Shown here one piece after another: positions 9,359-19,581 of a DNA stretch of 64,000 bases (within the stretch, counting starts at the first letter, position 1; each line of letters begins with the position of its first letter). The translations under genes and the position numbers were made by a program. The stretch comes from Candidatus Saccharimonadota bacterium. Lineage in GTDB: Bacteria > Patescibacteriota > Saccharimonadia > UBA4664. Below the pieces are notes generated by a model. The model was not told the DNA's origin, did not search any database, and worked only from the letters and a program-made list of their open reading frames with translations. The stretch lies in NCBI GenBank assembly GCA_019352195.1, contig JACAFG010000001.1:2485-66484 (forward strand). Reading direction: 5' to 3'.

Positions 9359-9964
9359 GTGGCGCTTATTAACCCGGGCTTTAAAGCTCCCGCCAACCGT
9401 GACGGCCATTTACCGCCGGGTCAATCGGTGGTGCATACGTGGCCGGTCTTAACTTATGGCCCCACTCCCATGATCGACGCGGGCGAGTGGACACTCACCA
9501 TCGACGGCGAAGTTAACACGCCGGTCACACTGAGCTGGGACGAATTTGATAAGCTGCCCAAAAGCTCGCTCGATACCGATATTCACTGTGTCACTCGTTG
9601 GAGCAAACTCGGCATGGGCTGGGATGGTGCTAGCCTCGACGAGCTCATCAAGCGAGCCGGTGGCCTTTCTCAAGACGCCAATTTTCTTATTGCCAGTTCT
9701 TACGGTGATTACACAACCAATTTGCCGGTTGCCGATATTATTGACGGCAAAGCTCTTGTGGCAACCCACGCTGATGACGAGCCACTAGCGGCCGAGCACG
9801 GCGGCCCGGCCAGGTTATTTGTACCGCATTTATATTTCTGGAAAAGTGCCAAGTGGATTACCCGGCTCACCTTCACTGACGCCGATGAACCCGGTTTTTG
9901 GGAAGTAAACGGCTATCACAATTACGGCGATCCGTGGCGCGAACAACGATACCGCAATGACTAG
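9359..9964 (+). CDS. molybdopterin-dependent oxidoreductase, sulfite-oxidase fold (YedY/MsrP-like catalytic domain), no signal peptide
   Basis: IHCVTRWS and other SUOX-family Moco-domain motifs. GTG start. Confidence 0.75.
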   Translation: MALINPGFKAPANRDGHLPPGQSVVHTWPVLTYGPTPMIDAGEWTLTIDGEVNTPVTLSWDEFDKLPKSSLDTDIHCVTRWSKLGMGWDGASLDELIKRAGGLSQDANFLIASSYGDYTTNLPVADIIDGKALVATHADDEPLAAEHGGPARLFVPHLYFWKSAKWITRLTFTDADEPGFWEVNGYHNYGDPWREQRYRND

Positions 9965-10700
9965 TTCGCCCAACGATTGGCGCGTAGCAACCGTTAGCCA
10001 AATTCACGTAGAGACCACGGGTTTGCGCACCTTCACCTTCACCTTCGACGAGCCAGTTCGTCACTTGGCCGGCCAGCACTACGAAATTCGCCTCACCAGC
10101 GACGACGGCTACCAAGCCGGACGGCTGTATTCGGCTGCTTCGATCGCCGATGGTATCGGCCGCACGCTCCAGCTGACGATTGCCATAATGCCGTATGGCG
10201 AAATCTCCCCGTATTTGTTTCGCTACGTTAAAGCTGGAACGAAATTGGAATTACGGGTACCATTTGGTGGCCATTTTGTCTGGACGCCTGATATTGCTGA
10301 TCCCGTGCTGCTTATTGGCGGCGGAACGGGCATTGTGCCGCTGCGAGCGATGCGATTGGCTCACCTGGCCGCGAGGACGGGCGTGCCGATGCAAATGCTC
10401 TATAGCGTCCGCAGCGCTTACGATATGGCCTATAAATCTGAATTTCTCCCCGATGGCCTTCATTCGCCAGCCGATGTCGCCATCACGTTTACCGGCGCAG
10501 CGCCCAAAGGCTGGACCGGCTTTGCCCGTCGGATCGATATGGGTATGCTGGCCGAACTCTTGGCGCGGCTCGGAGGCAATCCGCTAGTGTATGTTTGCGG
10601 ACCCACGCCCATGGTCGAGTCTGTCGGCACAATCTTGGTAGCCATGGGGATTGAATCAGCTCGCATTAAAACCGAGCGCTTTGGCCCCTCCCGTGGCTAA
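9957..10700 (+). CDS. FAD/NAD(P)-binding oxidoreductase (ferredoxin-NADP reductase family)
   Basis: RLYSAAS (RxYS FAD motif), LLIGGGTGIVP (NAD binding), and a C-terminal YVCGP. An 8 nt overlap with the upstream Moco gene. Confidence 0.8.
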   Translation: MTSSPNDWRVATVSQIHVETTGLRTFTFTFDEPVRHLAGQHYEIRLTSDDGYQAGRLYSAASIADGIGRTLQLTIAIMPYGEISPYLFRYVKAGTKLELRVPFGGHFVWTPDIADPVLLIGGGTGIVPLRAMRLAHLAARTGVPMQMLYSVRSAYDMAYKSEFLPDGLHSPADVAITFTGAAPKGWTGFARRIDMGMLAELLARLGGNPLVYVCGPTPMVESVGTILVAMGIESARIKTERFGPSRG

Positions 10701-10826
10701 ATTCCATACGGGTTGCCAGTTTTGCTTTACCGCCAGCCGGTATAACGCCAGCCCTTGCCAACATTGCCAGTAAGCGCTACTGTTTCAAGTTAAGATTCTC
10801 CTACGAATAGCACCTGGAAGGAAATC

Positions 10827-11555
10827 ATGGACGCTCGGCCCGGCGTGTTTTTCCGCCTGTACTTTCGTCACCACACAGCGTGCCGCGTTGCCCTCGTAGC
10901 CACCGTTGTCTTCGCAATCCTTTTCGGCCTCATCTGGCCCTTCTGGATCGGCATCGATGACGTACCTAGCTATATGATTACGCTGGTCATGCTTGGTATC
11001 TGCATCGCACTGGTACTGGTGGTGTGGATTTTCATCACCGAGCAAGAGTGGCGCCACAATCCCGAAGAACGTCCTCCCGACGTATCACCCGAAATGATCG
11101 CCTCAGCCTACCTTGACTGGCGCATCTTCAAACACCGGTGGCAACCGGCGGTGGTGCTGACGCTCGTATCAGCCACGTTTACCGCTGCCCTCGGATTGGT
11201 CTTCGGTAGCGCCGAAAGTCAGGCCAGCAAGACCTATGCGTACATGGTGGTTTGGTACCTCAACTGGGGCCTTGCCGTTAGCTTCCTCATCCTCATACCC
11301 TTGGGTACCGTGGTGCTCGTCGAAGGTCTGCCCCGTCTGGCACGTTCCCTCGGTAGCATGCAGTCAGATTACCGCCGGGCCACAGCAGTGGTACTGCCCA
11401 ACAAGCCCACATACCCCAGTCTCGAGGCGTACGCCAAGGACAACGAGCGCCGTTGTGCCGTTCCTGTCAACCACCCCGACTGGGCCGTTCAGCTCAACGA
11501 AGATGAGCGGACCATGTTCGACGACATCAAGAACAGACTCAACAAACCCGCCTAG
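10827..11555 (+). CDS. hypothetical membrane protein
   Basis: A 242 aa ORF with four or more TM segments and a GGAAGGAAATC RBS. Confidence 0.55.
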   Translation: MDARPGVFFRLYFRHHTACRVALVATVVFAILFGLIWPFWIGIDDVPSYMITLVMLGICIALVLVVWIFITEQEWRHNPEERPPDVSPEMIASAYLDWRIFKHRWQPAVVLTLVSATFTAALGLVFGSAESQASKTYAYMVVWYLNWGLAVSFLILIPLGTVVLVEGLPRLARSLGSMQSDYRRATAVVLPNKPTYPSLEAYAKDNERRCAVPVNHPDWAVQLNEDERTMFDDIKNRLNKPA

Positions 11556-11566
11556 CTCACGCGCCC

Positions 11567-11612
11567 GCCGGCGCCTCGGACCCACCATCCGAGGCGCCGG
11601 TTTGCCGTTTTG
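11567..11612 (+). terminator. rho-independent terminator
   Basis: ccggcgcctcgg...ccgaggcgccgg followed by tttgccgtttt. Confidence 0.65.
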
Positions 11613-11677
11613 GTATAATAGCTTCAGATAGGGTGCCTAGGCGCTCGCCTCATTAGCTTAAACCAAGGAAAACATCA

Positions 11678-12424
11678 ATGTCCGGACACTCTAAATGGGC
11701 CTCCATCAAACATCAAAAAGGCATTAAAGATGCTCGCCGCGGCGCCAGTTTTACCAAGTTTGCCGCCCTGATTTCAGTCGCGGCCCGCGGCGGTGCGGAT
11801 CCCTCCACCAACTTTAAGCTCCGCCTGGCAGTCGACCTAGCTCGCAAATCGGCAGTACCCAATGCCAATATCGAACGCGCCATCAAGCGCGGCTCGGGCG
11901 GCGAAGGCAGTGCCAACTTTGAAGAAGTCATGTACGAAGGCTACGGCCCCGGCGGGACGGCTATCATGGTTGAAACCGCCACTGACAACCGCAATCGCAC
12001 CGGCGCCGAAGTCCGGGCAGCTTTCACCAAACACGGTGGTAACCTTGGCACCAGCGGCTCGGTGGCGTATCAGTTTACCCAGCGCGGCGCTATTGTAGTC
12101 CCGGCCAAAGATCTGGACCAGGCCACGATGGACGCAATCGAAGCCGGTGCCGAGGACGTTGAAGAAGGCGAGGGGCAACTGCTAGTTTATACCAAACCAA
12201 CCGACCTCGATCTGGTTCGTAAGGCACTCGCCGAAGTTGGTTATGAAGCCCAAAAAGCCGAGTTATCCTGGGAGCCCAACACCACGGTTGAAGTGGTCGA
12301 TGAAGCCACCGCGCGCAAAATTATGAAGCTTATGGATGCTATGGAAGAGCTCGACGATGTAACCGGCACATATTCAAACTTTGATATCGCGCCCGAGCTT
12401 ATGGATATTCTCGAGGCCTCATAA
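11678..12424 (+). CDS. yebC: YebC/PmpR family DNA-binding transcriptional regulator
   Basis: MSGHSKWASIKHQKG at the N-terminus. Confidence 0.9.
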   Translation: MSGHSKWASIKHQKGIKDARRGASFTKFAALISVAARGGADPSTNFKLRLAVDLARKSAVPNANIERAIKRGSGGEGSANFEEVMYEGYGPGGTAIMVETATDNRNRTGAEVRAAFTKHGGNLGTSGSVAYQFTQRGAIVVPAKDLDQATMDAIEAGAEDVEEGEGQLLVYTKPTDLDLVRKALAEVGYEAQKAELSWEPNTTVEVVDEATARKIMKLMDAMEELDDVTGTYSNFDIAPELMDILEAS

Positions 12425-12428
12425 CTTT

Positions 12429-12914
12429 ATGAGAATTATTGGCATCGACCCTGGAACCGCTACCACTGGGTTTGGGGTTATTGAAGCTGTCGGCGGCAAT
12501 TACAAATTCATTGATGCCGGGGTAATTACCACCAAACCCGATATCTCGATGCCCGAACGCTTGTCACAAATTTATACCGATCTCACGCAGCTCGTGAACG
12601 AAGTCAAGCCGGAAGCGGCGGCCATTGAGCTGCTGTTTTTTGGTAACAACGTTACCACCGCCATTACCGTGGGTCAGGCTCGCGGGGTGGCGCTGCTCGT
12701 CCTGCATAATTATGGCCTACCTATTGCCGAATATAACCCCATGCAAATAAAAGTAGCAATCACGGGCTACGGTGCCGCCAAAAAGCCCCAAATTCAGGAA
12801 ATGGTAAAAATGCTCCTCAAGTTGCCACAAATTCCTAAACCCGACGACGCGGCCGATGCTCTCGCCATCGCCATCACGCATGCCAATAGCTTTGGCCGCA
12901 ACAACGAGCACTAA
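12429..12914 (+). CDS. ruvC: crossover junction endodeoxyribonuclease RuvC
   Basis: MRIIGIDPGTATTGFGV at the N-terminus. The start is taken at ATG 12429. Confidence 0.9.
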   Translation: MRIIGIDPGTATTGFGVIEAVGGNYKFIDAGVITTKPDISMPERLSQIYTDLTQLVNEVKPEAAAIELLFFGNNVTTAITVGQARGVALLVLHNYGLPIAEYNPMQIKVAITGYGAAKKPQIQEMVKMLLKLPQIPKPDDAADALAIAITHANSFGRNNEH

Positions 12915-13873
12915 AACGTGCGCTTGTGCTCCATCATCCAACGGCTGAGCAAAAAGCAAATATTAGATTCTGCGCCGCTGTGGGTAGAAATCCGATCTGG
13001 CGCGTCAATACCATCAAAGCACATGAGAGTTTCGGGATCGTAAAGCTTGAGCTGAGTAATATTGTCACCTTCAAACCAGTCCATCCATTCGCGTGCTCCC
13101 GCTAACCACTTGGGCTTGCCGGTGGCAATGTGGGCGGCCATCATAGCCCATACCATGTAGGCCGCATCAATGGGCTGCTGTGAGTAGACTGGCGGCTTAT
13201 CACTGTGGGCAGAAAACCACCCGGAGTTGCCAACGGGTCCCAAAAAGTGGTTAAGACGGCAGGCTTTATCAACGAAGGTTAGCGTATCGAGACCAAGTTT
13301 AATAGCCTCAGCGTCGTCGCACTCAGTGCCGTAACGAATCAGTGCGTAGGGGATAATACCATTACCGTAGGTGAGGTATTCTTCGGGCCATGGCCAGTGA
13401 TGCGTCGTTTTTGCGAAGCGCGCTTTAAGGTCGGCTGCCAGTTCGGCCGCGCTGTCATGGCTCACATAGAGCGCTCCCAGTAGGGCGTAGGCGGTGCCGC
13501 GGATAAACTTGGGCCGACCCAATATTGTTAGCGCTTTAGCATACAAAACCTTGGCTTCATCGGCCCGAAAATGGCGGTGACACGCCTGCCCCATAGCCCA
13601 GACGATTTGTCCAATGGCGTCATCGGAGGCCGGAGCACCCCAAAAATCAAACGTATCGGTGGCAAAACCAAAAATCTCGTCGCCCTGAATCGATTTGGCA
13701 ATATAGTCGAACAATACCGAGGCCTGCTCATCGCGTCCGAGCACCAGACACAAAATGAGTCCGCGTGCCGCGTCGTCTAAAGCATAGCCTTCTTCAACAA
13801 GCGGCTTCTTACCGTCAGAGTGTTCCCAAATTCCGAAATCATCAAACAGTGAGTCGAAAAACGGCGTCTTCAT
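12911..13873 (-). CDS. hypothetical protein in the glycan locus (possibly an alpha/alpha-toroid glycosidase-like fold)
   Basis: A 320 aa ORF with no canonical motif. Context is the adjacent GT4 and GH130 genes. Confidence 0.5.
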   Translation of the reverse strand: MKTPFFDSLFDDFGIWEHSDGKKPLVEEGYALDDAARGLILCLVLGRDEQASVLFDYIAKSIQGDEIFGFATDTFDFWGAPASDDAIGQIVWAMGQACHRHFRADEAKVLYAKALTILGRPKFIRGTAYALLGALYVSHDSAAELAADLKARFAKTTHHWPWPEEYLTYGNGIIPYALIRYGTECDDAEAIKLGLDTLTFVDKACRLNHFLGPVGNSGWFSAHSDKPPVYSQQPIDAAYMVWAMMAAHIATGKPKWLAGAREWMDWFEGDNITQLKLYDPETLMCFDGIDAPDRISTHSGAESNICFLLSRWMMEHKRTF

Positions 13874-13879
13874 CGTGCG

Positions 13880-15091
13880 TTATTGCACCACTCGAGCAAC
13901 TGAATGAATGAGATCCGAATATGATCGGCCGACAATCGGCCAACTCATGGATGCTCCATAGGCTTGGGCACGTTTGCGCATGGCGGCATAGCGCACCGGG
14001 TCACCCAAAATTGATAGTACCGCAGCACTAAACGCATTATCGTCATTAAATGGCACGAGTAAGCCGCGGTCGTCGCTCAAGACTTCTTGGGCATAGCGAT
14101 ACGGGGTCGATATACTCACAAGACCCGCCCCCATAGCGTAGGCAAGCGTACCTGAAGCGGCTTGCTCGGGGTCGCCGTGGAGCGTGAGATAGAGGTCCGA
14201 TGCTCGCAAGTATTTCACCAGTTCTTCAACCGGCAAATATTTGTTCACAAACACCAAGCTATCCGCCACTCCCAGCTCGCGCGCCAGTTCCATGAGACTC
14301 TCGCGATAGGTTTCACCCGAGTAGGCCAAAATGTCGGGGTGGGTTTGGCCGACCACGTAAAGCTTGAGTTTGGGGTATTCCTTAAGAATTCGAGGCAGGG
14401 CATTAATGGCGATATCAATGCCTTTGTTGCCGCCAATGAGCCCCGTAATCATCATAATGGGCTCATCCGCTGGCAGCCCGAGCTCGGCCTTGCTCGACTT
14501 AGCATCCACCGGTGTAACGCTAGGGACCCCGTGCGGAATTACCCTAATCTTTTCAGCGTCGATACCGTATTTATCTACGAGTACTTCCTTAGCGCCATTG
14601 GTCATGGTGACCATGGCCGCAGCTTTGTCGGCCAGCTTCCAGACAATTTCACGTCGCTCGTCATCGGGATCGGGCAGTACCGTATGGAGCGTTACAATTA
14701 CCGGCACATCGGCCGCATTAATTAAGCGAAAAATATTATCGCCGAGCGGCTGATGAATGGCTTTGCCATCACGCTCAAAGTTGGTTAAGTTGCCACCGAA
14801 CAGACCAAATTCGTGCTGCACTACCAAGGCATTTAACTGCATACCGGCCAGTTTTTTACCGGCAGCGGTGAAGGATTCGGGATTACTGTTATTGGTTGTG
14901 GTTACAACATAGGGGCCGTAAGTGAGTTCATCGGCATCGCTTTCAGCTGCCGAAATACTAATGCGAATGGTCGGATCGGCTAGCTCAATGCCGCCAATTA
15001 GGTCGCGGCTAAAAGTAGCAATGCCGCATCGTTTGGGTACATACGAGCTCACCCAACCGACATGGAGCGGAAGCTGTTTCGTCTTAGGCAT
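13880..15091 (-). CDS. glycosyltransferase family 4 (GT-B, group 1)
   Basis: A C-terminal GT1/GT4 signature (ASDLYLTLHGDPEQAASGTLAYAMGAGLVSISTP). Confidence 0.8.
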   Translation of the reverse strand: MPKTKQLPLHVGWVSSYVPKRCGIATFSRDLIGGIELADPTIRISISAAESDADELTYGPYVVTTTNNSNPESFTAAGKKLAGMQLNALVVQHEFGLFGGNLTNFERDGKAIHQPLGDNIFRLINAADVPVIVTLHTVLPDPDDERREIVWKLADKAAAMVTMTNGAKEVLVDKYGIDAEKIRVIPHGVPSVTPVDAKSSKAELGLPADEPIMMITGLIGGNKGIDIAINALPRILKEYPKLKLYVVGQTHPDILAYSGETYRESLMELARELGVADSLVFVNKYLPVEELVKYLRASDLYLTLHGDPEQAASGTLAYAMGAGLVSISTPYRYAQEVLSDDRGLLVPFNDDNAFSAAVLSILGDPVRYAAMRKRAQAYGASMSWPIVGRSYSDLIHSVARVVQ

Positions 15092-15190
15092 GTTTTACCT
15101 CATTAAAATACGATCTCGTTGTGAGGCCACGAAACCATATAGTACACTTATTATAGTTGCAACATCACATAATGAGAAATAAATACCCTT

Positions 15191-16156
15191 GTGACGGCAA
15201 AAACGCACCACACCCGGCCCCTATTTGTCCGTCTGTCCGCTGAGCCTATGCTCGTGCCCCGACCCGATCTCGTCTGGGAGGCGGGGGGGGTATTTGCACC
15301 TGCTGTTGTTAAGCGTCACGACGGCTACCACATGCTCTACCGCGCCTTCGGTCGCGACCGGATTTCGCGCCTTGGCTATGCCACCAGCCCAGACGGCCTC
15401 GAGTGGCGCCGCCACACCAAGCCGCGTGTAATTGGTGAAGGACCGTCGGAGCAATATGGTCTCGAAGATCCGCGCTCGGTTGTTATCGATGGTGTTCAGC
15501 TCACCACCTACACCGCCGCTTCGGGGCATCAGGAGGCCGACGGCTGGCATTGGCTAACCCGCATTAACATTTTAAGCACCCGTGATAACAAAACCTTTGT
15601 GCGGCTAAATCCCAAAATGCCGAACATAAACAACAAAGACGCCGTGCTGTTTCCGCGCCAAATCAACGGCAAATACTTTATGCTTCACCGACCCGAGCCC
15701 GATATTTGGATATCGAGCTCACTGGATCTTAAACGTTGGATTGACCATCGCCGCATCCTTACACCGGTACCGGGATCGTGGCAGGATTTGCGTATTGGCG
15801 CCGGGTCGCCGCCCATCGAAACCGAGCACGGCTGGCTCGTGTTCACTCATGGCGTCGCGGCCGACCTGACCTATTGTATGTCGGCTGTTATGCTCGACCT
15901 TGCCGACCCCAGCATAGTGACGTATCGTTTGCCGTATCCCTTGCTGGTTCCGGGTCTCGGTTACGAACTGCGTGGCATTGTGCCTAAGGTTGTGTTTGGG
16001 ACGGCCGTCACCGATGAAGGTAAAACCTATCGCCTGTACTATGGTGGCGCCGATTACGATATTGCGGCCGCCGAAATCAATAAGGCCGACCTTATCCATG
16101 CCCTCATGGACTATCCCGCTATCACCGCCCCACCCGGCAAAGCCCTGCCCGCTTAA
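15191..16156 (+). CDS. GH130 family glycoside hydrolase/phosphorylase (DUF377 beta-propeller)
   Basis: VFAPAVVKRHDGYHMLYRAFG and a following propeller. GTG start at 15191; alternative ATG at 15248. Confidence 0.7.
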   Translation: MTAKTHHTRPLFVRLSAEPMLVPRPDLVWEAGGVFAPAVVKRHDGYHMLYRAFGRDRISRLGYATSPDGLEWRRHTKPRVIGEGPSEQYGLEDPRSVVIDGVQLTTYTAASGHQEADGWHWLTRINILSTRDNKTFVRLNPKMPNINNKDAVLFPRQINGKYFMLHRPEPDIWISSSLDLKRWIDHRRILTPVPGSWQDLRIGAGSPPIETEHGWLVFTHGVAADLTYCMSAVMLDLADPSIVTYRLPYPLLVPGLGYELRGIVPKVVFGTAVTDEGKTYRLYYGGADYDIAAAEINKADLIHALMDYPAITAPPGKALPA

Positions 16157-16189
16157 CTACAGCGTCCGTAATTTGGTACCATATAACCT

Positions 16190-16951
16190 ATGACTATTTC
16201 CGAACAATCATGCCAGATTTTGGCCGCCGCCCAGCTAACCGGTCGGCTGAGCCATAATTCCCGTACCATTAATGAACAGGCGATCCGTGAGCTGATGGCC
16301 GAGAACCCCTATTGGTCGCTGGCTTCAACCGTGGTCGAAGGCCTTAACATTGACGAAGACGACGTGCTGGCGGTGGTCGTAAAGTCGTTTGGTATCACGA
16401 TGGAAGAGTTTATGGCCGATGAGGCCTCCACGATTAGCCCCGAGCGAACCGCCGCTCAGCTGGTCCATGGCCTTTCCGAACTGTTGGCAGCCGCCAAAAC
16501 GGGAGCGACAGTTGCACTTGCCACGGGGCATCCCGGCTCACTCGCCGAAGTCTATCGCTGGATTGGTGAGCTCGTGGTGGCGGCCGGCGGCTCATTATGG
16601 CTTATCCAACCACGCACACCCGCGACTCATGGTCACTTTTTGGACCAAGTTGGCGGTGTCATCATGCTCAGTGATGAGGGATCGCTCATGCATACCCACG
16701 AACAAGAGGGTTTGGGTACGCTGCTTAGCACCAATAAGCCCGACTGGCTCTTGGCCGACCACGGTTTCGCCGCCGCCGGTATCGATGTTGGTATTCCTAC
16801 CGTGGCAATCTACGATACCGACGATCCGGCCATCCCGCTGGCTGCCAGCGTGACGAAGGATATTATTGCCATTCCGATGAACGACAACCAAACAAACTCT
16901 CTAACCGCCGCCGCCGTGCGCGCTTTCTGGACGAGTTTGAATCATGGTTGA
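16190..16951 (+). CDS. hypothetical protein
   Basis: A 253 aa ORF. No motif recognised. Confidence 0.5.
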   Translation: MTISEQSCQILAAAQLTGRLSHNSRTINEQAIRELMAENPYWSLASTVVEGLNIDEDDVLAVVVKSFGITMEEFMADEASTISPERTAAQLVHGLSELLAAAKTGATVALATGHPGSLAEVYRWIGELVVAAGGSLWLIQPRTPATHGHFLDQVGGVIMLSDEGSLMHTHEQEGLGTLLSTNKPDWLLADHGFAAAGIDVGIPTVAIYDTDDPAIPLAASVTKDIIAIPMNDNQTNSLTAAAVRAFWTSLNHG

Positions 16952-17921
16952 GAGCCCTTTTACCGCCGATGATCTCTTAACACTGGAAGCCGACCTCATT
17001 GCCGCTTTGGCGTCTCAAGGCTTTGATGTCGAGTCGATCAAGCTTATTGGACTCAAAGGCAGCGGCTCAAATTCCACCGTTTTCTCGGTGCTCATTAACG
17101 ATGTCTATCACGTGCTCAAGGTCTACCGCGAAGCAGGGGCGTACAAACGCGAAATCCATAACCTGCGCGCCCAAATTTCGCTCGACCGCATGTTTTTTGT
17201 TTGGCCGGCCGAACTTCACCGCTATCGCTACAACATTGTCGTCATTGAGGTTCCCGAAGGCCAAGAAATGCACTCCTCGGATCTTGGTCCAGCTGCTGCC
17301 AAGCAGTTTGCTAGCTGTATGCTGGGCCTCCATTCTATCCGTTACCGCGAAAAGGGGAGCACGCGCGCGCTGGAAGTCCGTTTGCGCGGTCAGATGGGCG
17401 CCATTCTGGCCCACGCCGCCGATTATGAAAGCATCGACGGCGACGAAATCGAGGCCGTCATTGAGCGCGCTATTCGTTACCTGCGCCGCCATGCCAAAAG
17501 CTTTCGTACCTCTCGCTCGAGGGTGCACGGCGACCCCTGGTGGGGCAATGTTATTGTCGCCAACGAAGGGTTTTATTTGGTCGATTGGGAAGGCGTAAAG
17601 CGCGACGACTACTGTGAAGATCTCGCTAAATTCCGCGTCTTGGTCGATTACGAGCGCGATTCTGAGCCCGCCTCATTTTGGGATACTGAGCCCAATTATG
17701 ATGCCGTCGACCACTTTATGGACGACGTCCTCGCCCGTTACGAAGATCATTTCGACGCCGAAACCAACATTCGTGGCCGATACGGTTTTTATTGTCTCTA
17801 CTTTGCCTGCATTGTCTTTGGCGACTATTACTACGACGTAAAACATGGTTCTGTCGAAGCAAAAAACATTCTGCGTAGCGGCATCGATTTGTTTTTGCGC
17901 TACAGTATTAAGGGCGCCTAA
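16944..17921 (+). CDS. APH/choline-kinase-fold phosphotransferase (possible sugar 1-kinase)
   Basis: HGDPWWGNVIV (HGDxxxxN catalytic loop) and LVDWE (DxE metal site). Confidence 0.65.
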   Translation: MVESPFTADDLLTLEADLIAALASQGFDVESIKLIGLKGSGSNSTVFSVLINDVYHVLKVYREAGAYKREIHNLRAQISLDRMFFVWPAELHRYRYNIVVIEVPEGQEMHSSDLGPAAAKQFASCMLGLHSIRYREKGSTRALEVRLRGQMGAILAHAADYESIDGDEIEAVIERAIRYLRRHAKSFRTSRSRVHGDPWWGNVIVANEGFYLVDWEGVKRDDYCEDLAKFRVLVDYERDSEPASFWDTEPNYDAVDHFMDDVLARYEDHFDAETNIRGRYGFYCLYFACIVFGDYYYDVKHGSVEAKNILRSGIDLFLRYSIKGA

Positions 17922-17970
17922 TGCTTTAACTGTTCGTTTGCATAGCCGTATCCGCTATACTACGTAAAGT

Positions 17971-18834
17971 ATGAAACCTTACCGCGTCGCCGTTTTTATC
18001 GTAATCATCATTGTTCTGGCCGTCGCCGGATGGGCGATTGGCCGCTATCATGGAAAAACCCAAGTTGCCACCACCGCGCCCGCCGGTACCTACGTTGCTT
18101 TGGGCGACTCGGTTGCGGCTGGCCTCGGTCTTAAGACCTACGCCGATGCCTCGGCCTGCGACCGTACCACTGAAGCGTATCCCAATGTGGTCGCGTCGAA
18201 GCTAGGCTATAGCCTCACGAGCTACGCCTGCAGCGGTGCCTCTACGAGCGCGGGACTGATTGGTTCGCAGACCGTTAATGAACTTTCCTTAGCCTCCCAA
18301 CAGAGCCAATTATTTGCTCTTGCCCAGCCAAAACTTGTGAGTGCTACCATCGGCGTCAACGATACGGGCTGGACCGCCGTACTCACCAAATGTTACACCG
18401 GCACGTGCGGGACGCCTGCCGATACTGATGCCATCTCGGCCGCGCTTACCTCAATGAGTATTAACCTCAACGCTTTCCTGTCGGCAGTTAAAGTCCACTA
18501 CGGCGCCACCCCTCCACTCGTGGTCCTTACGGGTTATCACCAGATTTTCCCGGCCGTAGTACCAGCGGACTGCACCACTCTGGCTACCCTCGACCCAGCC
18601 GAAGTAACGTGGGCTCGCCAGCAGCAATCACGTCTCAACACGGCTATTCAGACCGTTGCCTCCGGCTACAGCTTCGCTAAGTTTGCCCCGGTCGACTTCA
18701 CCGGCCACGAATTGTGCACGTCCGACCCGTGGGTACAAGATTTACAGTCGGCCGCACCGTTTCATCCCAACGAGCAAGGCCAGCCCGCCTTTGCCGCTGC
18801 GGTTGAGGCGGCCGCACAAGCCTCCGGAAAATAG
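17971..18834 (+). CDS. SGNH/GDSL hydrolase, membrane-anchored or secreted
   Basis: An N-terminal TM segment, then ALGDSVAAG (GDS motif). Confidence 0.7.
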   Translation: MKPYRVAVFIVIIIVLAVAGWAIGRYHGKTQVATTAPAGTYVALGDSVAAGLGLKTYADASACDRTTEAYPNVVASKLGYSLTSYACSGASTSAGLIGSQTVNELSLASQQSQLFALAQPKLVSATIGVNDTGWTAVLTKCYTGTCGTPADTDAISAALTSMSINLNAFLSAVKVHYGATPPLVVLTGYHQIFPAVVPADCTTLATLDPAEVTWARQQQSRLNTAIQTVASGYSFAKFAPVDFTGHELCTSDPWVQDLQSAAPFHPNEQGQPAFAAAVEAAAQASGK

Positions 18835-18879
18835 TTAGTCTCTAAACTTTTAAGCTTGAGTAAGGTATAGTTAGTAGGA

Positions 18880-19581
18880 ATGATCTCACTTAGCGCAATC
18901 AGCAAAGTTTATGGCAAAAAGGACACAGCTTTTACGGCTTTGTCCGACATTAGCTTTGAAGTACCTGCTGGTAGCACGCTAGCCGTTATCGGTAAGAGCG
19001 GTTCGGGTAAATCTACCCTCATGCACATTATGTCGGGCCTCGACCGACCCACCTCGGGCACCATCAAAATTGATGACGTCGAATTATTTAATATGAAACC
19101 CAAAGCCATGGACGCCTTTCGCGCTGGCACCATGAGCTTTATTTTTCAGGCCTTCTTCGTTGAGGCTAACCAGTCGTGCTACCAAAACGTCATGTTACCG
19201 CTCGAAATTGGCCAAGTGCCGCGTCGTAAACGCAAAAGTTTGGTGATGAACGCCCTCAAGGCCGTCGAACTCGATGACAAAGCGGGTGTTTTAGCCGGCA
19301 ATTTGTCCGGCGGTCAAAAGCAGCGGCTGGCGATTGCGCGCGCCATTGTGAACCAACCCAAAATTCTGTTTGCCGATGAGCCCACCGGTAACCTTGATTC
19401 CACCACTGGTGAAAAAATTATGCAGCTGCTGTTTAATCTCAACAAAGATCTTGGTTGTACCTTGGTGCTCGTAACCCACGACCACGAGTTGGCGGCGCGT
19501 TGCCAGCATCAGATAACCATCAAGGATGGCCACATCGAGTCGATCGTAGATCGTCGCGCCGCCCGAAAGGCTCAAGCATAA
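18880..19581 (+). CDS. ABC transporter ATP-binding protein (MacB/LolD-type)
   Basis: Walker A (GKSGSGKST), LSGGQKQR, and Walker B (ILFADEPTGNLD). Confidence 0.9.
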   Translation: MISLSAISKVYGKKDTAFTALSDISFEVPAGSTLAVIGKSGSGKSTLMHIMSGLDRPTSGTIKIDDVELFNMKPKAMDAFRAGTMSFIFQAFFVEANQSCYQNVMLPLEIGQVPRRKRKSLVMNALKAVELDDKAGVLAGNLSGGQKQRLAIARAIVNQPKILFADEPTGNLDSTTGEKIMQLLFNLNKDLGCTLVLVTHDHELAARCQHQITIKDGHIESIVDRRAARKAQA

